A stretch of 64,000 nucleotides of DNA from Chloroflexota bacterium. GTDB lineage: Bacteria > Chloroflexota > UBA11872 > VXOZ01. Below are positions 50,121 to 59,495 of the stretch, piece by piece; position 1 is the stretch's first letter; every line of letters starts with the position of its first letter. The notes under the pieces are model-generated. The model was not told where the DNA came from. It did no database searches and saw nothing but the letters and a program-made list of their open reading frames with translations. The DNA lies in the NCBI GenBank assembly GCA_964291655.2, contig OZ219801.1, forward strand, positions 96,001 to 160,000, read 5' to 3'. A program made the translations under genes and the position numbers.

Positions 50121-51197
50121 ATGGCAAAGACATACCGCGCCGCGCTTATCGGCTGTAGCCGCATGGGAGCATTCATCGACAATGAACACCAAGGCATACC
50201 CTCGATACCGCTGCCGTATTCCCATGCCGCCGGCTATGAGGCCTGTCCACGCACCGACCTCGTAGCGGGCGCCGACCTTCGTTCGGAAGTGCTGGCAAAG
50301 TTTGGCGAACGCTACAACGTGGGACCAGATCATTGGTACACTAATTACCGCGAGTTAATTGCTAACGAACAGCCCGAAATCCTCAGTATCACCACGCAGC
50401 CGGAGCAGCGTTGCGAGATAATTCTGCATGCCATCGAGGCGGGTATTCGCGCGCTCTATGTTGAGAAACCGCTCTGTGCCTCGGTTGCGGAGGCTGAAGC
50501 CATCCGCGATGCTGTGCGCGCCAACAACGTCGCCTTTAGTATGGGCACTAACCGACGCTGGCACTATGGATTCGCGGCAATGCATGCCAAGATTCACTCC
50601 GGGGACTTTGGCGACTTACGCACTTTGGTCAACTACTCAACTGGTCAATTCTTCAATGGATTTAGTCACTTCATCGACCTATTCATGTTTCTCAACAACG
50701 ACGTGACGCCGCAATGGGTGCAGGCCTTTGTCTTTCAATTTGATGAACTCGTTGTGGGCACCGAGATACTGCAGGACCCGGCGGGAACAGGCACCATAAT
50801 GTTCGAAAACGGCGTCCTCGGCTATGGGCTGGACAGTTCCAGACGTGCCGAGGTCGAGGCGGTATGCGAAAGAGGTATGATTGCGGCGTTGAATAACGGC
50901 GTGGAATTTCGTACGCGCAGCAAGGACATGGACTCGTCGGAGGACGGGCCAAATCTCGACTTCGAACAGAAGAGTGCGACCCTGATCCTCGTTGAGGACA
51001 TCGTATCTGCGCTTGACACGGGCGAGCCGACCCGCGGCGGCGCGGAGGTGGCGTACTGGAACACCCAGATCATATTCGGTATGATCGAGTCGCACCGCCG
51101 GGGCGGCGCGCGTGTCGAGTTGCCCTTGACCAATCACGATCTGCGTTTCATCCGCCACGGCCACGTCGCAAGCCAACCAAAGTACGCGCCCGGCTAG
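50121..51197 (+). CDS. Gfo/Idh/MocA family oxidoreductase (paralog 2)
   Basis: Colinear 358-aa duplicate of 48456-49532. Confidence 0.9.
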   Translation: MAKTYRAALIGCSRMGAFIDNEHQGIPSIPLPYSHAAGYEACPRTDLVAGADLRSEVLAKFGERYNVGPDHWYTNYRELIANEQPEILSITTQPEQRCEIILHAIEAGIRALYVEKPLCASVAEAEAIRDAVRANNVAFSMGTNRRWHYGFAAMHAKIHSGDFGDLRTLVNYSTGQFFNGFSHFIDLFMFLNNDVTPQWVQAFVFQFDELVVGTEILQDPAGTGTIMFENGVLGYGLDSSRRAEVEAVCERGMIAALNNGVEFRTRSKDMDSSEDGPNLDFEQKSATLILVEDIVSALDTGEPTRGGAEVAYWNTQIIFGMIESHRRGGARVELPLTNHDLRFIRHGHVASQPKYAPG

Positions 51198-51496
51198 GTT
51201 CTACCGGCAATGCAGGTAATTCCGATTGGAAGTGAGGAGTCTAGAGCCGCTCAGGTACTGACACTCGCACTTGTACTTAAGCATGGCACGAACATCAACG
51301 GATAGCGAGCGACAATAGTTCGGAAGTGTCGCCTCTCCGCGCAATCGCACAATCAATCTTCAAGTCAAGACAGATTCTCGCTTGCGTAGGACTGACGGCG
51401 AACAGTTGTTTGGTGCCGTTGTCTCGGTCCCCTTAAGCGATGTGTGCGAACAATTGGAGAGTCCGACATTTTCATGTGGAGAAAGGCGAGAGCAAT

Positions 51497-52474
51497 ATGG
51501 CTGAAATGATGTGGCGAGTCGCCAAGCATGAGGGTTTAGGCAACATTGTCATGGAGCATGTGCCCATACCCGACCTCGGGCCCCATGAAGTGCTCGTGCG
51601 CGTTCACGCCAGCTTGATTAGCCGCGGATCGGAACTTTGGCGACGCTACGTCATGCCCGGCCCGGTCGACCCTGGCTCAATGGGGTATTCCACGGCAGGC
51701 ACAATCGTGCAAGTTGGCAGCGACGTAACCGGATACGCGCCCGGCGACCGCGTCGCATGCACGGCGCCCCACGCTGAATTTGCGATAGGTGACGTGAGTT
51801 CCACCGCGCGCAAACGTGTGACGCCGTTGCCCGACGACCTTCCCTTCGAGAGCGGCACCTTCCAACCTCTATCGACCAGCGCATTTGGCTGGACCGCGAC
51901 CGCGGGAATTTTGCCGCAACATACCGTAATTGTCCTCGGCCTTGGGTTGGTGGGAAACCTGGTGATGCAGGCCGCCACCCGCTTTCTGCCCGCGCACCTT
52001 TGCGGAATTGACATGCTGCCTTTACGGCTTCAGCTAGCAGAGCAATTGGACATTGGCGAGATCATTGACGGAACTGCTCACGATCCGGTGCGAGCCGTCC
52101 TGGAACGGACTAAGGGCAATGGAGCCGACATCGTTATCGATTGCGTAGGCGGGCGCGCAGGATTAGAGTCGTTTCGGCAAGCGCAAGACATGCTCGTCGC
52201 AGGCGGTCTGCTGCAACTCATTGGCCTCTACCACGACGATCCCTTGCCGCTCGATGCGGGGAAAATACAGCGCAAGCGGCTTATTGGCGGGTACCTGCCG
52301 GACACGGATGTGGAGGCCATGGCCCATGCGGCGGTGCGGTCGTTAGCCAGCGGCCTCATTCAATCCACGCCGCTGATTACCCACCGCTTCCCCGGCAATC
52401 AAGCAAAAGAAGCCTTTGACCTACTCTATGAACGACCTGATGACGCCATGGGCGTAATTCTGGAGTGGACGTAA
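51497..52474 (+). CDS. Medium-chain (zinc-type) alcohol dehydrogenase family
   Basis: EVLVRV, PGDRV, GLGLVG, GADIVIDCVG, LITHRF; canonical GHE replaced by GYS. Confidence 0.85.
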   Translation: MAEMMWRVAKHEGLGNIVMEHVPIPDLGPHEVLVRVHASLISRGSELWRRYVMPGPVDPGSMGYSTAGTIVQVGSDVTGYAPGDRVACTAPHAEFAIGDVSSTARKRVTPLPDDLPFESGTFQPLSTSAFGWTATAGILPQHTVIVLGLGLVGNLVMQAATRFLPAHLCGIDMLPLRLQLAEQLDIGEIIDGTAHDPVRAVLERTKGNGADIVIDCVGGRAGLESFRQAQDMLVAGGLLQLIGLYHDDPLPLDAGKIQRKRLIGGYLPDTDVEAMAHAAVRSLASGLIQSTPLITHRFPGNQAKEAFDLLYERPDDAMGVILEWT

Positions 52475-52503
52475 CGGCAAGTAAGTCCCGCCGCCTCCGC
52501 TCT

Positions 52504-52670
52504 GGCAGCGCTGGTTTGCTACCTGCGTCCACACGAACGTACCCGCAGTGTGGCTCTGCGTCCCTCCCCATTCCGGTAGCGCAGGTTTGCAACCTGCGTC
52601 CACACGAATGTACCCGCAGTGTGGCTCTGCGTCCCTGCCCATTCCGGTAGCGCAGGTTTGCAACCTGCGC
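52504..52670 (+). repeat. Tandem array of GTAG REP family A, period 71 bp
   Basis: REP starts at 52504, 52575 and 52646; linkers nearly identical. Confidence 0.85.
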
Positions 52671-52765
52671 CCGAGAAACCTCAACTAGCGGCTTGTGCGC
52701 CGCAGAAATTCGTCTACATCGCTGGTAAACGCCACCTGTGGTCAGATTCTCACGAGGAGGTCTGC

Positions 52766-53956
52766 TCACTCCCCCGCCAACGCACCCACCCCAGGCATGG
52801 CTGCCTCAATACGCTCCGCCGCCGCCATGAGATTTTCCAGCGAGTTGGCAAAAGAGAATCTCACGTAGCCTTCGCCGGCGGCGCCAAATCCCGTCCCGGA
52901 GAGCGAGGCTACCCCTGCTTCCTCCAGCCAATACCGTTCCAAACGCGCGGACCCCACGCCAAGCTCCTTCACGTTGCAGAAGGCGTAGAACGCCCCTTGC
53001 GGCACTAAACATGAGAGGCCGTCTATGGCATTGAGCGCGCCGATGAAGGCATCGCGTCGGCGGCGAAACTCCGCCACCATAGCATCTACCGAATATTGTG
53101 GGCCCTCAAGTGCCTCGATGCCTGCCATCTGGGTAAAGCTCGCCGTGCATGACGTGGCGTTATTCAAGATCAGTCCGATCTTCTCTGCCAGAGGGACCGG
53201 CATCACGCCGTACCCCAGGCGCCAGCCCGTCATGGCATAGGTCTTCGAATGGCCGTCCAGTAGAATAGTCTGCTCCTGCATTCCAGGGTGTGCCAAAATG
53301 GAAGCGTGGCTGCCATCGTAGACTATGCGGCTGTAGATTTCATCGCTCAGCACCCAAATCGGCTTGCCCCGTACCATGTCGGCGATTTCCCCGAGCTCCT
53401 CCGCCGTGAACACGCCGCCGGTGGGGTTGTGGGGTGCGTTCAAGATAATGAGCCGCGTCTTGTCAGTAATGCTGTCGCGCAATTCATCCAGGTCCCAGCG
53501 GAACTGCCGCTCCTCGTAGAGGGTCAGCGGCACCCTGGCGGCACCGGCAAAGCGCAGCATTGAATCATAGGTGGGAAATCCCGGATCAGGGTAGATCGCC
53601 TCATCTCCAGGATTGACCGTGGCCAAGATTCCGGCAAAGACGATTGGCTTCGCTCCCGGCGTTACCACCACGTTCTCGGCTGAGGCATCGACACCCCACC
53701 CTTGCTGCACGTATCGCGCTATGGCCTCACGACAAGGCATGAGACCGGGAGTAGGGCCATAATGCGTATGTCCGTCCTGTAATGCCTGAACGCCGGCCTC
53801 CACGATGTTTTCCGGTGTGGGAAAGTCCGGCTCGCCGATCTCCAAGTGGATGATGTCTTTCCCGGCACTTTCCAGTTTACGGGCGCGCGCAAGAACCGCG
53901 AACGCCGATTCGCCTTTCAATAGGTCGGTACGAGCGGCTATGTTCGGGACAGCCAT
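52766..53956 (-). CDS. PLP-dependent aminotransferase class I/II (aspartate aminotransferase-like)
   Basis: IGEPDF, NAPHNPTG, SDEIY, SKTYAMTGWRLG. Confidence 0.93.
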   Translation of the reverse strand: MAVPNIAARTDLLKGESAFAVLARARKLESAGKDIIHLEIGEPDFPTPENIVEAGVQALQDGHTHYGPTPGLMPCREAIARYVQQGWGVDASAENVVVTPGAKPIVFAGILATVNPGDEAIYPDPGFPTYDSMLRFAGAARVPLTLYEERQFRWDLDELRDSITDKTRLIILNAPHNPTGGVFTAEELGEIADMVRGKPIWVLSDEIYSRIVYDGSHASILAHPGMQEQTILLDGHSKTYAMTGWRLGYGVMPVPLAEKIGLILNNATSCTASFTQMAGIEALEGPQYSVDAMVAEFRRRRDAFIGALNAIDGLSCLVPQGAFYAFCNVKELGVGSARLERYWLEEAGVASLSGTGFGAAGEGYVRFSFANSLENLMAAAERIEAAMPGVGALAGE

Positions 53957-54077
53957 CAGTCCACTCCTTTCCCAGAGGCATTACTGATTCAATTGTACTG
54001 GTTCCAAGAATCTCCGCCAACACTATGCTACACTCGTCGTACCAAACGAGGGACAATCCGAAAGTTGGGAACCGCTC

Positions 54078-55028
54078 ATGGCACTTGCGACACTCGCCCA
54101 AGATCCAAGAATTTACCGCATTACGGCCATTTGGAATTGGGACAGCATCGTTGAACTTTACTTTATCAACGGCCCCACGCGGGCGCTCATAGACACGGGA
54201 GCATCTGACACGCCGCGAGAGTACATTGAGCCTGCGCTGCGGTCGCTCGATCTGACGCTCGACGACATCGACGTCATTCTCAATACCCACGGGCACCAAG
54301 ACCACATGGGTGGCAATCACGCGCTGCTCAGCAAGATTGAGGCACAGGTGTACATGCATCAAGATGATGCATTCCTCGTTGAAGACCTTGAAGCGCATAT
54401 GGATTACATCTGGCACGCAGACAAGCACGTTCTTGGCTACGACCTTTCGGCGCGGAGGGCGCAGTTTCTGCATACGGTAGGCGGCCCTTCAGCAGTGCAC
54501 CGCAGGCTGGAAGACGGCGAGATTGTCGACCTCGGCGATGACATCCAACTCCGTGTGGTGCACCTTCCCGGCCACTCACCGGGCAGCACTGCTTACCACT
54601 GGGAAGCCAAGGGCATCGCGTTCGTTGGAGACGCCGTGCAAGGACTTGGCAGCAAGCCGGGCACTTTCCCTCTTTATTACACGGCGAGAGGCTACGAGCA
54701 ATCCATGCTGCGGCTGGCTGCTCTAAACATCGAGACACTCGCGCTCGCCCATCGATACCTATGGTCACAGGAACCCCGTGGCCCAATTCGCACCGGTAAA
54801 GTCGCGGAACAAACGGTGCAAGACAGCATCAACGTTGTCCGATTGATTGATCAATCTGTGCGGCACGCGCTCGAATCTCTTGCAGGCGCCGGTTTTCTGC
54901 AAGTCGCGCTCGCCGCGACACAGGCGCTGGCTACCGAGATACCCTTCACCGTCGATCCTCGCACGGGCTTGCCCACCGGCCTACCCGCAACCTTCTTTGC
55001 CCACTACACGGAACTAAATGGTGGCTAG
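54078..55028 (+). CDS. MBL-fold metallo-hydrolase
   Basis: LIDTG, THGHQDHMGG, PGHSPG, VGDA. Confidence 0.9.
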   Translation: MALATLAQDPRIYRITAIWNWDSIVELYFINGPTRALIDTGASDTPREYIEPALRSLDLTLDDIDVILNTHGHQDHMGGNHALLSKIEAQVYMHQDDAFLVEDLEAHMDYIWHADKHVLGYDLSARRAQFLHTVGGPSAVHRRLEDGEIVDLGDDIQLRVVHLPGHSPGSTAYHWEAKGIAFVGDAVQGLGSKPGTFPLYYTARGYEQSMLRLAALNIETLALAHRYLWSQEPRGPIRTGKVAEQTVQDSINVVRLIDQSVRHALESLAGAGFLQVALAATQALATEIPFTVDPRTGLPTGLPATFFAHYTELNGG

Positions 55029-55065
55029 GGGCGCCCCCAATGCGCTGGCTGCCGCCGTGTGTTGG

Positions 55066-55094
55066 TTGCCCGTCCCCACGTCCCGTGATAGAAT
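55066..55094 (+). promoter_or_regulatory. Sigma70 promoter of tRNA-Leu/greA
   Basis: TTGCCC-17 nt-TAGAAT with TGn extension. Confidence 0.65.
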
Positions 55095-55113
55095 CCCGCT
55101 GGGGACTGGTATC

Positions 55114-55198
55114 GCCGAAGTGGCGGAATTGGAAGACGCGCTACGTTCAGGGCGTAGTGGGCCTTGCGCTCGTGAGGGTTCGAGTCCCTCCTTCGGCA
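55114..55198 (+). tRNA. tRNA-Leu(CAG)
   Basis: Acceptor GCCGAAG/CTTCGGC, anticodon arm CTACG-TTCAGGG-CGTAG, long variable arm, GGTTCGAGTCC T-arm; followed by CCT (full CCA not encoded). Confidence 0.95.
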
Positions 55199-55254
55199 CC
55201 TCATAGGCCTGGTGGCTCGTGCGACCAACCATCAGAGAAAGGTTTGGAAAGACC

Positions 55255-56088
55255 ATGAGCACACAGGATTCTAATCAGTTGGGCCCTCTGTTTACGCAGT
55301 ACTTGCAAACAGTGGGCGTGGCAAACCTGAAGGGTGAAGAGGCCCGGCACCTCCGCAGATTTGTTAGTTGGTGCGGGCCGGACTCCCGAATAACATCGAT
55401 CTATCCCCACCAACTGCAGACCTATCTCGATCAAGTAACAGCGACCGCTGCCGATCCCAAGCCCTGTGCAAGTGCCTTGCGTACGTTCTTTTCCCATGCG
55501 CTGAAGTCTGACTGGGTAGAGAACAACCCCGCCACCGGTTTGCGAATCACCAAGCGCGCCACTAAGAGCAATTCCCGTGCCGCCGATGCTCAGGCCGGAA
55601 GCACTTTCATCAGCCGCAAGCGCTACGATGAATTGGGTGCTGAATTGAAGAACCACAAGAGTGAAGGACGCGAGCGCATCAGTAAGCTTCTGCATGCGGC
55701 CATCAAGGATGGCGATCTGCGTGAGAATGCGGCCTATGATGAGGCAAAGTATCAGCAAGGCATGCTGGAAGCCCGCATTCGCGAACTGGAGCAAACGCTC
55801 CGTACAAGCACGATTACCGAAGAGGAAGCACGGCCGGCAAACGGCGGTATTGACGCCGCCGACGAGGGCGTCAAGATTGGTATGCGCGTTGAATTGGAAT
55901 TGACTGACGGCAGTGAGACCATTGCTTATCAATTGGTTGGACCTTCCGAGGTCGACCCCCTTGAGGGCCGGATTTCGTACCTCTCTCCCGTTGGAGCAAG
56001 CCTCCTTGCCAAACGCGCCGGCGACACCGTTGCCGTGGAAACGCCTGCCGGAAGTGAGACCTATCGGGTTCTTAGCTACTCGTTCTAA
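55255..56088 (+). CDS. greA: Transcription elongation factor GreA with N-terminal integrase core-binding-like domain
   Basis: GDLRENAAYDEAK, ARIRELE, GRISYLSPVG; N-terminal ~100 aa LRRFVSW..LQTYL..SALRTFFS..NNPA. Confidence 0.88.
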   Translation: MSTQDSNQLGPLFTQYLQTVGVANLKGEEARHLRRFVSWCGPDSRITSIYPHQLQTYLDQVTATAADPKPCASALRTFFSHALKSDWVENNPATGLRITKRATKSNSRAADAQAGSTFISRKRYDELGAELKNHKSEGRERISKLLHAAIKDGDLRENAAYDEAKYQQGMLEARIRELEQTLRTSTITEEEARPANGGIDAADEGVKIGMRVELELTDGSETIAYQLVGPSEVDPLEGRISYLSPVGASLLAKRAGDTVAVETPAGSETYRVLSYSF

Positions 56089-56282
56089 CCACTCGCAGCA
56101 ACCGCCAAGCGGATACTGAACCGCGAGAGTCCGTCTGCCGGCTGGTCTCGCCGCGGCCCAATTCCACCCGCCGGAACCTGCATGTAGCAACTGCTACATG
56201 CTACGCCTGTGTTGAAGACTCTTGTGCGCCGCCCCCACGTCGAATCCGCTTGTGAACGCTCCTAGTACCGCCTCCAAATGGC

Positions 56283-56291
56283 TGGTACAAT
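56283..56291 (+). promoter_or_regulatory. Extended -10 element
   Basis: TGGTACAAT about 40 nt upstream of the 56334 start. Confidence 0.45.
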
Positions 56292-56333
56292 ACGAGTGTA
56301 CCTGCCAAATATTGTCCACCAGAGGATGTCTTG

Positions 56334-56759
56334 ATGGAGACCATTGCTGCTGTTCTTAACTATGTCCTTGCGTTTCTTATCGCCTACTTTCTCGCGTTGT
56401 GGGTAGCCCTTGCCATCTGGGCATTCTATGACATTCGCACTCGCACCACTGACATATTGGTGCAGCTCTTCTCGGTTCTTCTCGTGCTGGCCTTCAATGT
56501 TTTCGGCCTCATTCTTTACTTGTTCCTCCGACCTAAAGATACGCTGGCAGAGGCAAACGTACTGGCGTTAGAAGAGGAGAGCTTCTTGGCCGAAAGCGAA
56601 TCCTTGTCGCGATGCCCCAATTGCCACTATCGCTTGCAACACGACTACCAGCTTTGTCCAATGTGCCAGCTTGAAATCAGAAGGCGCTGTACCGGCTGCC
56701 GGAATCTCACCGACTTGCAGTGGAGTGCTTGCGCCTACTGCGGGACGCCGGTCAACTAA
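56334..56759 (+). CDS. Membrane protein with C-terminal double zinc ribbon
   Basis: Two TM helices ending GLILYLFLRP; CPNC, CPMC, CTGC, CAYC. Confidence 0.85.
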   Translation: METIAAVLNYVLAFLIAYFLALWVALAIWAFYDIRTRTTDILVQLFSVLLVLAFNVFGLILYLFLRPKDTLAEANVLALEEESFLAESESLSRCPNCHYRLQHDYQLCPMCQLEIRRRCTGCRNLTDLQWSACAYCGTPVN

Positions 56760-56855
56760 GCTCGCTAAGGCTAGTCTTAGTGAGTTCAGGCCGATACTCT
56801 TCACCAACTCTTCGCTTTCCCATTCTGCAACTCACCTCCACGCTTAAGGATTGCC

Positions 56856-57632
56856 GTGCCACTCGCAGCCAGCCAAGACACTGAAAGCCGCACGTTGACG
56901 GAAACCTCCGATGTACCTGACGACTCCCGGCTTTCGGTCCGCGAATGGCCGGCGGCGGAGAGACCACGTGAGCGCTTGCGCGACCTTGGTCCTGCTCACC
57001 TATCGACTGCTGAGCTCCTCGCCATCATTCTGCGTACGGGCACGCGCGAGAGTTCCGTTGTAGCCGTCGCCCAAGGGTTACTTGATAAGTATGGTGGGGC
57101 CAGCGGCTTGGCCCAAGCGAGCTTTCGGCAGATTACCCAGTATCCCGGCGTTGGTGAAGCAAAAGTAGCCCAGTTGAAGGCGGCGCTGGAGCTTGGCCGC
57201 AGAGCCAGCGCGAGTTCCCAGCCCGTACAACCCGTAATCCGTTCGGCCACCGACGCGAAGAACTTCCTGCTGTCCGACTTTGTCGACGAGGAGCAAGAAA
57301 AATTCCTCGTAGTTTTGCTGGACACCAAACACCATGTGGTGGGCAAAGAAACTTTGTATCGCGGCACGCTGAACCAGACGGCAGTTCGTCCCGCCGAGGT
57401 CTTCCGCGAGGCCGTGCGGGCCAACTGCGCGGCCGTGCTGGTTGCGCACAACCACCCGAGTGGCGACCCTACCCCTTCCGCCGATGACGTTGCCACCACG
57501 GCCCGGTTGGAGAGTGTAGGTGATCTCTTGGAGATTGAGCTTGTCGACCACATCATCATGACACGCGACGGCGCACTCTCACTACGGGAAAGAGGACTTG
57601 GCTTTACCCGTAAGCGCCCGCAAGGGACATGA
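56856..57632 (+). CDS. radC: RadC (JAB domain) protein, full-length chromosomal type
   Basis: ERPRERL, ELLAIILRTG, GVGEAK, HNHPSGDPTPSADD, VDHII. Confidence 0.93.
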   Translation: MPLAASQDTESRTLTETSDVPDDSRLSVREWPAAERPRERLRDLGPAHLSTAELLAIILRTGTRESSVVAVAQGLLDKYGGASGLAQASFRQITQYPGVGEAKVAQLKAALELGRRASASSQPVQPVIRSATDAKNFLLSDFVDEEQEKFLVVLLDTKHHVVGKETLYRGTLNQTAVRPAEVFREAVRANCAAVLVAHNHPSGDPTPSADDVATTARLESVGDLLEIELVDHIIMTRDGALSLRERGLGFTRKRPQGT

Positions 57633-57782
57633 CAAGGATCCACATAGGTACGCCCAGTTTGAGCTGAGATTGAGACGCGGCGTGTGATCGGGCAAGTTGC
57701 CAAGAAGCTCCAGGACAGTAACTTTCTGCAGGTTCCAGCACGAGACATTGCAGCATGTATACAATGTTATGCTATAGGAAGA

Positions 57783-58478
57783 ATGCCGACCTTAGGCTGG
57801 GAGGAGATCGCCACGAAATCATTCGCTAAGGAAGTTCTGCAAACGCTTCTACTCACCGCCATCATCTTCTTTGGCACACGTCTAGCGGTTCAAAACTATC
57901 GCGTCGAAGGCAGTAGCATGTATGGGACACTCCACCACAGTGAGTTCGTCTTGGTAAACAAGCTTGCCTACGTCCGCTCGGAGCCGCAGCATGGCGATAT
58001 AATCGTCTTTAACTATCCCATTGATCCTTCAGAGCAGTTTGTCAAGCGCATTATTGCCATACCCGGCGACACGATTGAGATTCGCCAGGGCGTAGTTTAT
58101 GTAAACGGTGAGAGTGTGACTGAACCATACGTCAGTGTGGGGTCTCAACTCGCTGGATTTGCCAACCGGGACGAACTCTCGAGCCGTACGATTCCCGCGG
58201 ATGCCTACTTTGTGATGGGTGACAATCGGCGCGGCAGCAGGGATTCTCGAGAGTGGGGATTCTTGCCGCGCAAATTCATCGTGGGCAAAGTCTGGGTAGC
58301 CTATTGGCCTTTGGAGGACTTCGGCGTTATCGAACACTTCGAGCTCATCGTGCCGGATCCCATTGACCGCAAGGAAGCTGTCGTCTTCGACGAAGTCGTC
58401 GTCTTTGACGAAGTCGTCGTCTTTGACGAAATCGTCGTCTTTGACGAAGTCGCTGATTACGACAAGGTCGCCGTCTAG
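57783..58478 (+). CDS. lepB: Signal peptidase I
   Basis: GSSMYGTL (Ser), FVKRIIAIPGD (Lys), MGDNRRGSRDSR; start uncertain (ATG 57783 or ACG 57813). Confidence 0.92.
   Translation: MPTLGWEEIATKSFAKEVLQTLLLTAIIFFGTRLAVQNYRVEGSSMYGTLHHSEFVLVNKLAYVRSEPQHGDIIVFNYPIDPSEQFVKRIIAIPGDTIEIRQGVVYVNGESVTEPYVSVGSQLAGFANRDELSSRTIPADAYFVMGDNRRGSRDSREWGFLPRKFIVGKVWVAYWPLEDFGVIEHFELIVPDPIDRKEAVVFDEVVVFDEVVVFDEIVVFDEVADYDKVAV
58374..58478 (+). repeat. 18-bp coding tandem repeat (EVVVFD)n
   Basis: GAAGTCGTCGTCTTTGAC units at 58374, 58392, 58410, 58428; degenerate at 58446 and 58464. Confidence 0.9.
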
Positions 58479-58912
58479 TGCCTCCCGACCTCTTTGAATA
58501 CCTCTTCGCGGCCCCCGGACCGCCGGGATCATTCTATCGCGAAATCGCGCCCCTGCTTACGATAGGGTTTGGCTCCGGTCTGGGGATTTCATTCGTCTAT
58601 TACCTAATTAGCGGAATGCTCTTCGGCAGCAGCCCACTACGGCGCCTGGCCGTACGGGTAGTATTGCTAACCAGTATGGTTATCAACGGCCTGGGGCTGG
58701 TGGCCGTATTCTTGCGTCAGGCAGGATGGGGCATCCTTTCCTACCGATTCGTGCTCGTCCTCATTGCGTTCGTGCAGATCTACATCTTGGTCAGGACGTT
58801 TTGGTACCTCTTCCGCGTGTTGCCCGCCAAGATAGCTGAATCGGCAGAAAACCGGAACAAGAAAAAAGGTGGAAGTAAACGCAAGCGGGCGCCACGACGC
58901 AAGAAACGCTAG
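58478..58912 (+). CDS. Hypothetical membrane protein with basic C-terminal tail
   Basis: Three hydrophobic helices, KKKGGSKRKRAPRRKKR tail; start overlaps the lepB stop. Confidence 0.75.
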   Translation: MPPDLFEYLFAAPGPPGSFYREIAPLLTIGFGSGLGISFVYYLISGMLFGSSPLRRLAVRVVLLTSMVINGLGLVAVFLRQAGWGILSYRFVLVLIAFVQIYILVRTFWYLFRVLPAKIAESAENRNKKKGGSKRKRAPRRKKR

Positions 58913-58962
58913 CGCCGACTCCCACGTGCAGGTGCAGGCCGGAGGCAGGTCCGTTTGACGGT

Positions 58963-59463
58963 CTACGGCCGAAAAGGCATCTCAGCCATCGCCGCTGAGA
59001 GACGCTCGAAGGTTTCTTCCAGCGTCTCGGGAATTACCCGCGTGCCGGATAATACCGTCATGAAACTCGTGTCGCCCTCCCAGCGCGGCACGATGTGCAT
59101 GTGGACGTGGTCGAGGATGCCCGCACCGGCCGCGGCGCCCAAGTTCATGCCGACACTTACCGCATGGGGGCGAAACGTGCTTCGCAAGAGCCGCACGCCG
59201 TAGCGGACGACGTGCATGACGTTCGCGCTCTCCTCTGCCGATAGGTCGTTCAGGTCCCCGACGTGCCGGAACGGCACCACGAGGAGGTGTCCGTTATTAT
59301 AGGGGTAGCGATTGAAGACTATGAAGCACGCCTCATTGCGGTGCAGCACGAGATTGGCCTTGTCGTCAAGCCCTTCGCTCGCCAAACAGAACACGCACCG
59401 GTCGTTTGGCTGCTTCTCTCGTTCCAGGTATTCCTTACGCCACGGTGACCACAGAATATCCAT
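58963..59463 (-). CDS. HIT family hydrolase (Ap4A phosphorylase-like)
   Basis: LWSPWR, CVFC, NRYPYNNGHLL, HVHMHIVPRW. Confidence 0.92.
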   Translation of the reverse strand: MDILWSPWRKEYLEREKQPNDRCVFCLASEGLDDKANLVLHRNEACFIVFNRYPYNNGHLLVVPFRHVGDLNDLSAEESANVMHVVRYGVRLLRSTFRPHAVSVGMNLGAAAGAGILDHVHMHIVPRWEGDTSFMTVLSGTRVIPETLEETFERLSAAMAEMPFRP

Positions 59464-59495
59464 CAACGTCCTTACCGGATGACTCGACTCATCTC

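Noticed and set aside
52504-52670. CRISPR array
   Set aside because: Linkers are nearly identical rather than unique spacers, the repeat occurs as dispersed solo copies, and no cas genes are present
55114-57632. Genomic island or prophage at tRNA-Leu (integrase-like segment plus radC)
   Set aside because: No integrase catalytic domain, no tRNA 3' duplication found by eye, RadC is the full-length chromosomal type, and neighbours are housekeeping genes
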